NCBI GenBank assembly: GCA_965263035.1
Contig: OZ253580.1
Span: forward strand, 5,760,001 to 5,824,000
Direction: 5' to 3'
DNA: 64,000 nucleotides
Source of the DNA: Acidobacteriota bacterium
Lineage (GTDB): Bacteria > Acidobacteriota > UBA6911 > RPQK01 > JAJDTT01
Shown piece by piece: positions 9,508 to 18,687 of the stretch; position 1 is the first letter of the stretch; every line of letters begins with the position of its first letter. The position numbers were made by a program, and so were the translations under genes. A model generated the notes under the pieces. The model did not search any database, was not told the origin of the DNA, and saw only the letters and a program-made list of their open reading frames with translations.

Positions 9508-10542
9508 ATGTCCAACCTGGGAATCGGTCGACTGACCAGAGCGTTGGCCGCTCTCTGCGTCCTGTCTGTCGGCATCGTTTTCGACCCGGCTCCGGTTCGC
9601 TCGGCTACCGAACCGGAGGAAGTCATCCTCGATCTCGGATCGGGCGTTCAACTGGAGATGGTTCGGATGCCGGCCGGCGAGTTCATGATGGGGGAGACCG
9701 ACTGGTCCCGTGCCCTGATCGGTCTCTTTGCTCCCCATGATCTCCGGGCTCGTCAGGTGACCATCACCAAAGCCTTCTACCTGGGGAAATACGAAGTCAC
9801 GGTGGGGCAGTTCCGCCGCTTCGTGGAGGAGACCGGCTATCGCACGGACGCCGAAACGGGACGCCGTTCGTGGAAGGCACCGGGGAAGGGCTGCTATACC
9901 ATGGTGGGCGGGAACTGGGAGCCCAAGTCCGATGCCTCCTGGCAGAATCCCGGTTTCTCCCAAGAATCCGATCATCCCGTCACCTGCATCAGCTGGTTCG
10001 ACGCCGCGGAGTTCTGCCGGTGGCTGAGCCGCCAGGCGGAACGAACGGCCCGCCTCCCAACCGAAGGCGAGCTGGAGTACAGCCAGCGTGCCCTGACCGT
10101 CACCCGCTACTACTGGGGGAAGAGACCCGCCGACTATGTGCGGGATCCCCGGCTTCCCATCGGTTATTGGGCCAACGTGGCAGACGCCGCGATGGCGGAC
10201 GATTCCGACGCCGACCTGTTCTTGACCGGGACCGAGATGCGCAGTTTCACCCCTGAGGGAAGGGACGACGGATACGATCGTACGGCGCCTGTGGGAAAAT
10301 TCTACCCGAACCCGCGGGGACTCTACGACGCCATCGGCAACGTCTGGGAATACACCCTGGACTGGGCGGGTGAAGACCCGGCCCGAACCGATCCACGGGG
10401 TCCGGACGAAGGCGGGGTCCGGAGCATGCGGGGAGGGAGTTGGCTCAATAGCCCGGACGCCTATCGGCCTTCCTACCGGCCGGAAATCGATCCGGCGGGA
10501 CGAACCAGCACCCGGGGCATGCGTGTCCTGGTGGAAGAATGA
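9508..10542 (+). CDS. SUMF1/EgtB/PvdO-family FGE-sulfatase domain protein, secreted
   Basis: FMMG, YEVTVGQF, HPVTCISWFDA, RLPTEGELEY, GNVWE and RGGSW motifs; lacks the catalytic Cys pair of true FGE. Confidence 0.88.
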   Translation: MSNLGIGRLTRALAALCVLSVGIVFDPAPVRSATEPEEVILDLGSGVQLEMVRMPAGEFMMGETDWSRALIGLFAPHDLRARQVTITKAFYLGKYEVTVGQFRRFVEETGYRTDAETGRRSWKAPGKGCYTMVGGNWEPKSDASWQNPGFSQESDHPVTCISWFDAAEFCRWLSRQAERTARLPTEGELEYSQRALTVTRYYWGKRPADYVRDPRLPIGYWANVADAAMADDSDADLFLTGTEMRSFTPEGRDDGYDRTAPVGKFYPNPRGLYDAIGNVWEYTLDWAGEDPARTDPRGPDEGGVRSMRGGSWLNSPDAYRPSYRPEIDPAGRTSTRGMRVLVEE

Positions 10543-10699
10543 TCTCTTCGAATCGAGACCTGCCCGGCTCTCCCGTTCCTGATCCGACCAATACTCAAAG
10601 TCCGATCACCGGTTCTCATCGAGGATTCGAGGACCCCTCTTTCTGTCGGGGCGAACCATTCCGTGTTTTCCGGCAGGAGGCTCCGGAATACGGCACCGA

Positions 10700-12739
10700 A
10701 TGACCCAAGAAGATCCAAGGTCCCGGCCTGAGTACGAGGTGAGACTGGACCGCCGGGTCCGCGTCCCGATGAGAGATGGGGTGGAGTTGGCAGCCGTCGT
10801 GGTTCGCCCCCGTGCGGAGGGACGGTTTCCGGCCATCATGTCCTACAACCCCTATCGTTGGCTGAGGCAGGTCAAGGACACCAGTTCGGACACGACCTAC
10901 AACCACCGCTGGGACGGGCCTCCCTACTTTGCCCAACGAGGCTACGCCGTCGTGTATTTCGACGTCCGCGGCACCGGAAACTCGGGCGGGAACACCCAGG
11001 ACCTCTATTCCGATGAGGAGCGCCTGGACGCCTGCGACATGGTGGAGTGGATCGCCGCCCAACCCTGGTGCAGCGGCAACGTCGGCATGTGGGGCATGTC
11101 CTACGGCGGCGTCGTGCAGTGGCAGGTGGGAGTGCAGAATCCTCCCGCTCTGAAGACCCTGGTGATCGGATCTTCCAATACGGACGTCTACCTGGACTGG
11201 ACGAATCCGGGCGGCAGCATTCGTCCCTACATGTTCGACAGCTTCGCGCCCATGATGACCGCCTTCAACGCGGCTCCGCCCGATGCGGAAATCGTCGGAC
11301 CCCGCTGGGCCGGGTTATGGGAGGAACGCCTGGAAAAGAACGTTCCCTGGGGAATCGGCCTCATCTCGAACCTCCTTCAGGGACCCTACTGGCGCGATCG
11401 CTCCCTGCAGCCGGACTACGGCCGGATCAAGGTCCCCGTCATGTTCTGGTGCGGCTGGGCGGATCCGTATCCCACTCCCATCCTGAGGGCTTTCTCCAAG
11501 CTCGACGTCCCCAAGAAGATCCTGCTCGGCCCTTGGGGGCACTACTGGCCGGAGGAGGCTCTGCCGGGTCCCCGGATCGATTTCAGGCACGAGATGCTCA
11601 AATGGTTCGATCGGTGGCTCAAGGGTGAGGACACCGGCGTCATGAAAGAACCCGCCGTAACCCTCTTCGTACGCCGGTACAAGCGGCCGGTGGCTCATAT
11701 GTACCTGGAGGACGCCGGTTTCTGGAGGCACGAAGACGAGTGGCCGCCGGCTCGGAACCAGAACACTCCCTTCTACTTGCACCCCGGCGGAGAGTTGAGC
11801 CGGAAGGCTCCCACCGGTGAGAGTGCGCCCGACGACTACGCCTACAATCCGGCCGTTGGAATCAGCGCGGGAATCTACTGGGGCGGGGGGATCATGCCCT
11901 GGGCCATGCCGGTGGACCAGCGGCTCGACGAGGCCTGGTCCTTGACCTATACGACTCCCCCTCTGGAGAAGGATCTAGAGGTCACAGGGAACCCGAAGGC
12001 CGTGCTCCACGTGGCGTCCTCGGCCGACACCGCCTATTTCCACGTGAAGCTCGCCGACGTGGCGCCGGACGGCACCTCGAAATGGCTGGCGGACGGCGGG
12101 TTGCTCGCCACCCACCGCAATTCTCACTCAGAGCCGGAACCGATGGAGCCTGGACAGGTCTACGAGCTGGAAGTCGATCTGAAGTACGTTTCGTACCTGT
12201 TCGAAAAGGGCCACTGCATTCGGGTGAGTGTTGCCAGCGCGGATTTTCAGAACGCCTGGCCCACGGCCAAGCCGGCGGTCAACCGGGTCCACCGTGACCG
12301 GCAATACCCATCTCATATTGTTATGCCGATCACGCCGGTCCAGAGTCCGCAGCTGAGCGCGCCGGACTTGAAGCCATCTCCCCGGCCGGCCGCGACGATG
12401 GGGGATATCAGCCAGAGCACTCGGCACGAGATCACCCACGATCTGGTCGATGAAACGGTGACGGCGACTCTGGAGAGAGTCTCGGAGACGGGCCCGGCCC
12501 CCGGACTGGCGCATTCCAACTATACGGTTTCGCGCCGCAATCCCGCGGAAGCGGTTCTCCAGGCCCGTTACGTCTATGAAGTCCCGCCTGCGGGGTCCGG
12601 AATGACCGTGGAAGCCAATGAATCTCTGACCAGCGATCTGGAGTCGTTTCATTTTCTGAGCCAAGTGGAGGTGACACTGGGCGGCAAGCGCCACTTCCAA
12701 AAGAGTTGGAGGGTCAGCGTGCCCCGCAAGCTGAACTGA
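10700..12739 (+). CDS. CocE/NonD family hydrolase (peptidase S15 + PepX_C), no signal peptide
   Basis: MRDGVELA, DVRGTGNSGG, GMSYGG nucleophile, GPWGH. Confidence 0.92.
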   Translation: MTQEDPRSRPEYEVRLDRRVRVPMRDGVELAAVVVRPRAEGRFPAIMSYNPYRWLRQVKDTSSDTTYNHRWDGPPYFAQRGYAVVYFDVRGTGNSGGNTQDLYSDEERLDACDMVEWIAAQPWCSGNVGMWGMSYGGVVQWQVGVQNPPALKTLVIGSSNTDVYLDWTNPGGSIRPYMFDSFAPMMTAFNAAPPDAEIVGPRWAGLWEERLEKNVPWGIGLISNLLQGPYWRDRSLQPDYGRIKVPVMFWCGWADPYPTPILRAFSKLDVPKKILLGPWGHYWPEEALPGPRIDFRHEMLKWFDRWLKGEDTGVMKEPAVTLFVRRYKRPVAHMYLEDAGFWRHEDEWPPARNQNTPFYLHPGGELSRKAPTGESAPDDYAYNPAVGISAGIYWGGGIMPWAMPVDQRLDEAWSLTYTTPPLEKDLEVTGNPKAVLHVASSADTAYFHVKLADVAPDGTSKWLADGGLLATHRNSHSEPEPMEPGQVYELEVDLKYVSYLFEKGHCIRVSVASADFQNAWPTAKPAVNRVHRDRQYPSHIVMPITPVQSPQLSAPDLKPSPRPAATMGDISQSTRHEITHDLVDETVTATLERVSETGPAPGLAHSNYTVSRRNPAEAVLQARYVYEVPPAGSGMTVEANESLTSDLESFHFLSQVEVTLGGKRHFQKSWRVSVPRKLN

Positions 12740-12761
12740 GCCCCGGTTGATTTTTTCTAGC

Positions 12762-12920
12762 GAGTCTGCGCGGTAGAAATGATCGTAGCGAGAAAGTGGG
12801 GAATCGAGGCCAGATTTTCTCGATTTGGAGGTGCATAGTTGTTCTATTCGCCGAGAAATCGGGGAAATATGGACCGATTCTACCGCTTTCGCAGTAGATC
12901 AATTTCTGCGGCGCAGGCTC
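12762..12920 (+). mobile_element. MITE family A, copy 2 (159 bp)
   Basis: Same TIRs and interior as the other copies; flanked by CTAGC on the left and CTAG on the right. Confidence 0.9.
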
Positions 12921-12924
12921 CTAG

Positions 12925-13084
12925 CAGTCCGTGGTGAAAGTCCCGCGAGCACCGAGACCGTTCCTGCGCCCGCCGGACCAGGCGCAACGGAGGGAGCATA
13001 CCGGGAGTATGTGAGCCGATAGCAACGCAGTCCGCGCACGATGCAGGGACGGTCGAATGCCGCGACGACTTTTGCCACGGGCTG
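12925..13084. mobile_element. MITE family B (160 bp), abutting family A copy 2
   Basis: 18-bp imperfect TIRs CAGTCCGTGGTGAAAGTC / GACTTTTGCCACGGGCTG; exact CTAG on both sides (12921-12924 and 13085-13088). Confidence 0.8.
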
Positions 13085-13159
13085 CTAGGGTCCGGCGGGC
13101 TCCGGAGAGGTTCTGTAACGACCGGGCCTGAAGCGTCCGGACTGCGAAGGAGAGTCATC

Positions 13160-15262
13160 ATGTGGATCCTGTTGTTCTTGGTCACGATCCTGTCCGCGCC
13201 CCTGTTGGCAGAGTCCGATGGGCTTTCGGAACCGATTTACGAGGGGAAGGTCAAGATCGTCTACCCCCGCGTCACCATGCGCGACGGGGTGGAGTTGGCG
13301 ACCAAGATCACGATGCCGGACGCGGAGGGCCGGTTTCCCGCCGTCATGATGTACCACCCCTACCGCGGGGTTACGGAACCCAAGCCGGACTATCGTGATG
13401 AAAGGCCCATGCTGGTTCCGTATCTGGCGGAACGGGGCTATGCCATCGTCCAGTACGACGTCCGGGGCACGGGAAACTCCGGTGGCTGGAGCAAGGACAT
13501 CTACTCCGATGACGAGAGGCGGGACGGCTACGAGATGGTCGAATGGATCGCGCGTCAGCCCTGGTCGAACGGCAACGTGGGCATGACCGGCATTTCCTAC
13601 GGGGGGGTGGTGCAGTGGCAGGTGGCCGTCCAGAATCCTCCCAGCCTCAAGACCATCATCGTGCGCTCGGCCAACGACAGCGTCTATACCGAGTGGACCT
13701 ATCCCGGCGGCTCTCTTCGCCCCTACATGTTCGACACCTTTTCCCCTCTCATGACGGCTTACAACTTCGCTCCCCCCGATCCCGAGATCGTCGGTGAGAA
13801 GTGGAGCGACATCTGGCAGACGCGGCTGGAGAACAGCCAGCCCTGGGGAATCGGATACATCTCTCATCAGCAGGAAGGGCCTTACTGGCAGGACCGCTCC
13901 CTGTCGGCGGACTACAGCCGGGTCAAGTGCCCGGTCTTCGTCATTGCCGGCTGGGCGGACGTCTATCCGACGGCCCTGCTGCGAGCCTTCTCCAAGCTGG
14001 AAGTCAAACACAAGAAAGCGCTGGTGGGGCCCTGGAGACACATCTGGGCCGAGAACGAGAAAGCGGTGCCCGGGCCTCGAATCGACGGCCGGCCCATCAT
14101 GTTGAAGTGGTTCGACTATTGGCTCAAGGGGATCGACAACGGGGTCCTCGACGAGCCTCCGGTGACGGTCTTCGTGCGGGAGTACGATCCACCCTCTCCC
14201 GTCATGCCCATCGAGGAGCCGGGTTTCTGGCGCTCCGAACGGGAATGGCCCATTGCCCGGGAGCAGCCCACCCGGATGTACTTTCACCCGGACGGGAAGC
14301 TGAGCCGGACGTCCCCCGAGGGCTCGGATCAGGAAGGAGACCGTCTCAAGTACAAACCCACCGTGGGGGTCACGTCGGGAATTCATTGGGGGGGTGGGAT
14401 TCTCCCTTGGGGCAATCCCATCGACCAGGGGGCCGACGAGGCCTACTCCCTGACCTACACCACGGCTCCACTTGACGAACCGTTGGAGGTATCGGGTACG
14501 CCCCGGGCCATGCTGTACGTCTCCTCCACGGCCGAGGTCGCCTATTTCCGGGTGAAGCTGATCGACGTGGCGCCGGACGGAACCTCCAAGCTGGTCCGTT
14601 ACGGCGGTCTGAACGCCGCGCACCGGAAGTCTCATTTCGATCCCGAACCGCTGCGGCCGGGAGAGGTGCACGAGGTGCCGGTGGAGGTGAAGGTGATGAC
14701 CTACGTGTTCGCCCCCGGCCATCGGGTCCGGGTGGCCATTGCCAACGCGGACATCCAGAACGCCTGGCCCACGGCCCTGCCGGCGGAGAACACCGTGTAC
14801 CGCAGCCGCCGCTACCCATCCCACATCGTCTTGCCGGTGATCCCGGAACAGAATCCCAAGCTTCCCGAGCCCGATTTCGTGACCCTGCCCAACGCCGACC
14901 CGAAGGTAGCGTTGGAGGAGGAGAAACCTCTGGAATACTCCATCACCCAGGACCTGGTCGCCGAAACCACAACGGTTCGCCTGGGCAAGGAGAGAAAGGG
15001 GAAGCGGGGCGACGGCGAGCAGTACATGAAGCTGCTCTCCAGTTTCACCGTGTCCGAAAAGAATCCGGCGAACGCCGCGCTGAAGGCGGCGGCCACGCTA
15101 TCGATCACCCGGCCGGGATCGGAAGTCAAGATCGAGGCGAACGAACTGACCTCCAGCAACAAGGCGGCGTACCGCCATCTGGTGGAGATCGAGATCACGG
15201 TCAACGGAAGGAGACACTTCAACCGGAGCTGGTCGGTCACTATTCCGCGAAGATTAAACTAG
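13160..15262 (+). CDS. CocE/NonD family hydrolase, secreted
   Basis: Signal peptide; GISYGG nucleophile; close paralog of 10700..12739 including the C-terminal extension. Confidence 0.92.
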   Translation: MWILLFLVTILSAPLLAESDGLSEPIYEGKVKIVYPRVTMRDGVELATKITMPDAEGRFPAVMMYHPYRGVTEPKPDYRDERPMLVPYLAERGYAIVQYDVRGTGNSGGWSKDIYSDDERRDGYEMVEWIARQPWSNGNVGMTGISYGGVVQWQVAVQNPPSLKTIIVRSANDSVYTEWTYPGGSLRPYMFDTFSPLMTAYNFAPPDPEIVGEKWSDIWQTRLENSQPWGIGYISHQQEGPYWQDRSLSADYSRVKCPVFVIAGWADVYPTALLRAFSKLEVKHKKALVGPWRHIWAENEKAVPGPRIDGRPIMLKWFDYWLKGIDNGVLDEPPVTVFVREYDPPSPVMPIEEPGFWRSEREWPIAREQPTRMYFHPDGKLSRTSPEGSDQEGDRLKYKPTVGVTSGIHWGGGILPWGNPIDQGADEAYSLTYTTAPLDEPLEVSGTPRAMLYVSSTAEVAYFRVKLIDVAPDGTSKLVRYGGLNAAHRKSHFDPEPLRPGEVHEVPVEVKVMTYVFAPGHRVRVAIANADIQNAWPTALPAENTVYRSRRYPSHIVLPVIPEQNPKLPEPDFVTLPNADPKVALEEEKPLEYSITQDLVAETTTVRLGKERKGKRGDGEQYMKLLSSFTVSEKNPANAALKAAATLSITRPGSEVKIEANELTSSNKAAYRHLVEIEITVNGRRHFNRSWSVTIPRRLN

Positions 15263-15307
15263 AGGGTCGCCGGTCCTGTTTTCCACAGCCAGAGGGAGAA
15301 GAGTTTC

Positions 15308-17188
15308 ATGTTGTGTAGCCCGCAGATTCCCGTCGCACCCGTTTTCGTATTCCTCCAGATCCTGACCTTCCTGGCGGCGACCGGTCTGGCGTCGGATACC
15401 TGGTTCGTGCGCAACGATCCCTCCTGGGTGGACAAGCTCTCGCAACCCCGATACGACATTCTCTTCGAGCACGACGTCAAGGTGCGCATGCGGGACGGAG
15501 TCCGGCTGTCAGCCAACATCTGGCGGCCCAAGGCCGAAGGGAAATTCCCGATTATCTTCGTCTACATGCCGTATGACAACACCCGGAAGTCGGAGTTCTT
15601 CCAGGGCGACATCATCGGCCACGCCCAATACTTCGTTCCCCGCGGTTACGTGTTCGCTTGTATCGACGTGAGGGGACGGTACGATTCCGAGGGGGAATCC
15701 TACCTGTATTGGGATCCGAAGTGGCGGGAAGGGAAGTTTGACGGACAGGACGTCTACGACTGCCAGACCTGGTTGGGAGAACAGCCCTGGTCCACGGGAA
15801 AAATCGGGATGTGCGGCGGCTCTTATCTGGGATTCGTGCAATGGATGGGCGCCACCGAGGCGAACCGCTACCTCACGGCTCTGATTCCCTACGTCACTCC
15901 GGACGATCACTGGGACAACGTCTATCCCAACGGAGCGTTCCAACTCTCCAACAGCCTCAACCTTCTGGCGTTGCTGGGAAACCTGACGGCTAACAACAAC
16001 GACGGCCTCCGGAATGATTTCCTGGACTGGGACAAGTTGTACCGCTACCTTCCCATCCGGACCATGGACCAGGCGATATTCGGCCAGACGGACATCCTGT
16101 GGCAGGATCTGGTGGATCACCCGGACAACGACCACTACTGGCGGTTCAGCGTGGGCGATCGTCCCCGGGCCGGGGAGATGAGCGCCGGAAAATACGCCCA
16201 GGTTCAGGTCCCGACCCTCAACATCACCGGCTGGTACGACCAGGTTTCCCAGTCCACGATCAACGGTTATCTCGGTATGGTGCGATACGGCCCCGAGGAG
16301 ATCCGCGACCGGCATCGTCTCCTGGTCGGTCCCTGGAGGCACGGGGTGGGGCCCCGCGAGGTCGGCGATCTCGACTACGGTCCCGAGGCCGACGTGGATT
16401 TTCGCCCCATCGAGCTTCGCTGGTACGACTACTGGCTCAAGGGCATCGACAACGGGATGATGGACGAACCGCGGGTCGACATCTTCGTGATGGGGGACAA
16501 CAAGTGGCGCGGCGAGCACGAATGGCCTCTCAGCCGCTCCCGGAACACGAAATATTATCTGCACAGCGAAGGGCGGGCCAACAGCCGGTTCGGAAACGGC
16601 ACCTTGAGCACTCGCCCCCCGTCGCGGGAACCGGCCGACGTCTTCGTCTACGATCCGGATGATCCGGTTCCGACCTACGGCGGCAACGTGAGCATGTACC
16701 CCTCCACCGGCGGGCCCCGGGATCAGAGGGCCATCCAGCGGCGGGACGACGTGCTCGTCTTCACCGGTGAGGTTCTGGGAAAAGAGGTCGAGGTCACAGG
16801 ACGGGTCCTGACCATGCTCCATGCCGCTTCCAGCGCGGCCGATACCGACTTCACCGCCAAGTTGGTGGACATCCACCCCAACGGCTACGCTCAGTTGCTG
16901 GCGGAAGGGATCATACGGGCCCGCTATCGGGACTCGTTCAAGAAACAGATCCTGCTGGAACCGGGCAAGGTCTACGAGTACACCATCGACTTGTGGTCGA
17001 TCAGCCACGTCTTCAAGCGCGGGCACCGGATTCAACTGGAAATCTCGAGCAGCAACTTCCCGAAGTACGATCGCAATCCGAACACCGGGCACAAGTTCGG
17101 TGAAGACGCGGAGTTGAGGAAGGCGACCCAGACGGTTCATCACGATGCCGACTACCCGTCGCACATCGTGCTTCCGGTGATTCCCTGA
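15308..17188 (+). CDS. CocE/NonD family hydrolase, secreted
   Basis: MRDGVRLSA, GGSYLG nucleophile, GPWRH, SSSNFPKYDRNPNTG. Confidence 0.92.
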   Translation: MLCSPQIPVAPVFVFLQILTFLAATGLASDTWFVRNDPSWVDKLSQPRYDILFEHDVKVRMRDGVRLSANIWRPKAEGKFPIIFVYMPYDNTRKSEFFQGDIIGHAQYFVPRGYVFACIDVRGRYDSEGESYLYWDPKWREGKFDGQDVYDCQTWLGEQPWSTGKIGMCGGSYLGFVQWMGATEANRYLTALIPYVTPDDHWDNVYPNGAFQLSNSLNLLALLGNLTANNNDGLRNDFLDWDKLYRYLPIRTMDQAIFGQTDILWQDLVDHPDNDHYWRFSVGDRPRAGEMSAGKYAQVQVPTLNITGWYDQVSQSTINGYLGMVRYGPEEIRDRHRLLVGPWRHGVGPREVGDLDYGPEADVDFRPIELRWYDYWLKGIDNGMMDEPRVDIFVMGDNKWRGEHEWPLSRSRNTKYYLHSEGRANSRFGNGTLSTRPPSREPADVFVYDPDDPVPTYGGNVSMYPSTGGPRDQRAIQRRDDVLVFTGEVLGKEVEVTGRVLTMLHAASSAADTDFTAKLVDIHPNGYAQLLAEGIIRARYRDSFKKQILLEPGKVYEYTIDLWSISHVFKRGHRIQLEISSSNFPKYDRNPNTGHKFGEDAELRKATQTVHHDADYPSHIVLPVIP

Positions 17189-17239
17189 GAAATCGATTCG
17201 CAGAGTGAATATATTCTTCCTGAAGAGGAAATCGGAGAA

Positions 17240-18409
17240 ATGCAGAAAACAGCGGACGCAGTGGTGATCGGTGGCGGAATCAGTGGCGCAAGCGTGGCTC
17301 ATTTCCTGGCCCGGAAGGGATTCGGAAAGGTCGTTCTGCTGGAAAAGGGCCGTTTGGCTGGTGTGAGCACGGGCGGATCAGCCGCCGTGGTCCGGACCTA
17401 TTACTCCAACCCGATCACGGTGAAATTGGCCTGGCGCGCGGTTCAGATGTTCGAGAACGACCGGGAGGCACTGGGGGGAGATTCCGGGTTTCGGCAGATC
17501 GGATTTCTGCTGCTGCTGGATGAGGGATGGAAAACGGCCGGAGACCAGATACTGGAAATGGAGAGCACCCACGGAGTCGAGGTCCGGGAACTGTCGCGCG
17601 AAGACATCCGGGAACTTGCGCCGCCGCTGAATCTGGAAGGGGTCGTTCGAGCGATCTTCGAGCCTCGCTCCGGCTGCGCGGACCCGGTCCGGACGACCGA
17701 AAGCCTGGTGAACGGCGCCAGGCAGTGGGGTCTGACGGCGCACGTGGGAGTGGCGGCCACCGGCATCACGACCGACGGCGGCCGCGTCCGCTCCGTGGAG
17801 ACGGATCAGGGAACCATCGAGACCCCCGTGGTCGTGAACGCGGCCGGTCCCTGGGGCCGTAGGGTGGGACTTTGGGCCGGACTCAACTACTCCGTCCGCT
17901 GGAGCCGGGAAACGGACCTGATCGTGACTCAACCCGACGATTTCGGCCCTCTTCCGGTCATTTCCGATCCCCCGCAGAGGGCCTATTACAAGCCTCATGC
18001 CGACAACACGATGCTGGCCGGACTCGGGTACCCGAAAGAGGTGGAGCCGTTGGACATCGATTCCTACAACGAGGATCTGGACGCTGATCAGCGCGGGCGG
18101 ATCGAGACCTGCCTGTTCCGGCGGATTCCCGCGCTTCGGGAGATGGAATACCATCACGGATACGCGTCCATCTACACGATCATGGACGACTGGCACCCGG
18201 TGGTGGGACCCGAACCCCACATCGACGGCTACTATGCGTTCTTCGGCGGCAGCGGCCACGGCTTCAAGATCGGGCCGCCGCTGGGGGAGGCGCTGGCGGA
18301 CGTGATCGCTGGTGAAGAACCGGAGATCGACATTCGCCAGTTCCGGCCGTCCCGCTTCCTGGAAGGGGAGATTTTCTCCTCGGCCTGGGGAGGCGGCAAT
18401 CGAGGTTGA
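17240..18409 (+). CDS. FAD-dependent oxidoreductase (DAO / sarcosine oxidase beta-like)
   Basis: VVIGGGISG, VVNAAGPW and GSGHGFKIGP motifs. Confidence 0.9.
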   Translation: MQKTADAVVIGGGISGASVAHFLARKGFGKVVLLEKGRLAGVSTGGSAAVVRTYYSNPITVKLAWRAVQMFENDREALGGDSGFRQIGFLLLLDEGWKTAGDQILEMESTHGVEVRELSREDIRELAPPLNLEGVVRAIFEPRSGCADPVRTTESLVNGARQWGLTAHVGVAATGITTDGGRVRSVETDQGTIETPVVVNAAGPWGRRVGLWAGLNYSVRWSRETDLIVTQPDDFGPLPVISDPPQRAYYKPHADNTMLAGLGYPKEVEPLDIDSYNEDLDADQRGRIETCLFRRIPALREMEYHHGYASIYTIMDDWHPVVGPEPHIDGYYAFFGGSGHGFKIGPPLGEALADVIAGEEPEIDIRQFRPSRFLEGEIFSSAWGGGNRG

Positions 18410-18422
18410 CCGGGCGTCCGGC

Positions 18423-18479
18423 TCCTGAGCCTGTCCCGAACGGAAAGCTCGAAACGTTCGGCGGGGACTCGGGTCAGGA
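18423..18479. other. Intergenic imperfect hairpin
   Basis: TCCTGA..GTCCCGAACG / CGTTCG..GGGAC..TCAGGA. Confidence 0.5.
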
Positions 18480-18501
18480 CCGGAGGGTCGAAAGGAGAAC
18501 C

Positions 18502-18684
18502 ATGGAGACCGGTAAGACCGAACCTCACGAAGAAATGGGAGAAGCCTATCGGTACGACAGCCAGGAGCTCGACCTGATGGACGAGGTCGAGCTGCCGCGC
18601 CTGAATCCCTTGGTGAGCTTGCTGTTGCTGGTTCTGGCCGGGTTCGCCTACGTCTGGATCTGGGGAGCGCTCCTGCAAGGATAA
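18502..18684 (+). CDS. Small single-TM protein upstream of the Na+/solute symporter
   Basis: AAAGGAG RBS; acidic N-terminus and one C-terminal TM helix; ends 3 bp before the SSS start. Confidence 0.65.
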   Translation: METGKTEPHEEMGEAYRYDSQELDLMDEVELPRLNPLVSLLLLVLAGFAYVWIWGALLQG

Positions 18685-18687
18685 ACA

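Noticed and set aside
10420-10542. C-terminus of the FGE/C-type-lectin-fold protein as a diversity-generating retroelement variable region
   Set aside because: I found no template-repeat copy, reverse transcriptase or avd gene in the window. A remote DGR cannot be excluded but nothing here supports it.
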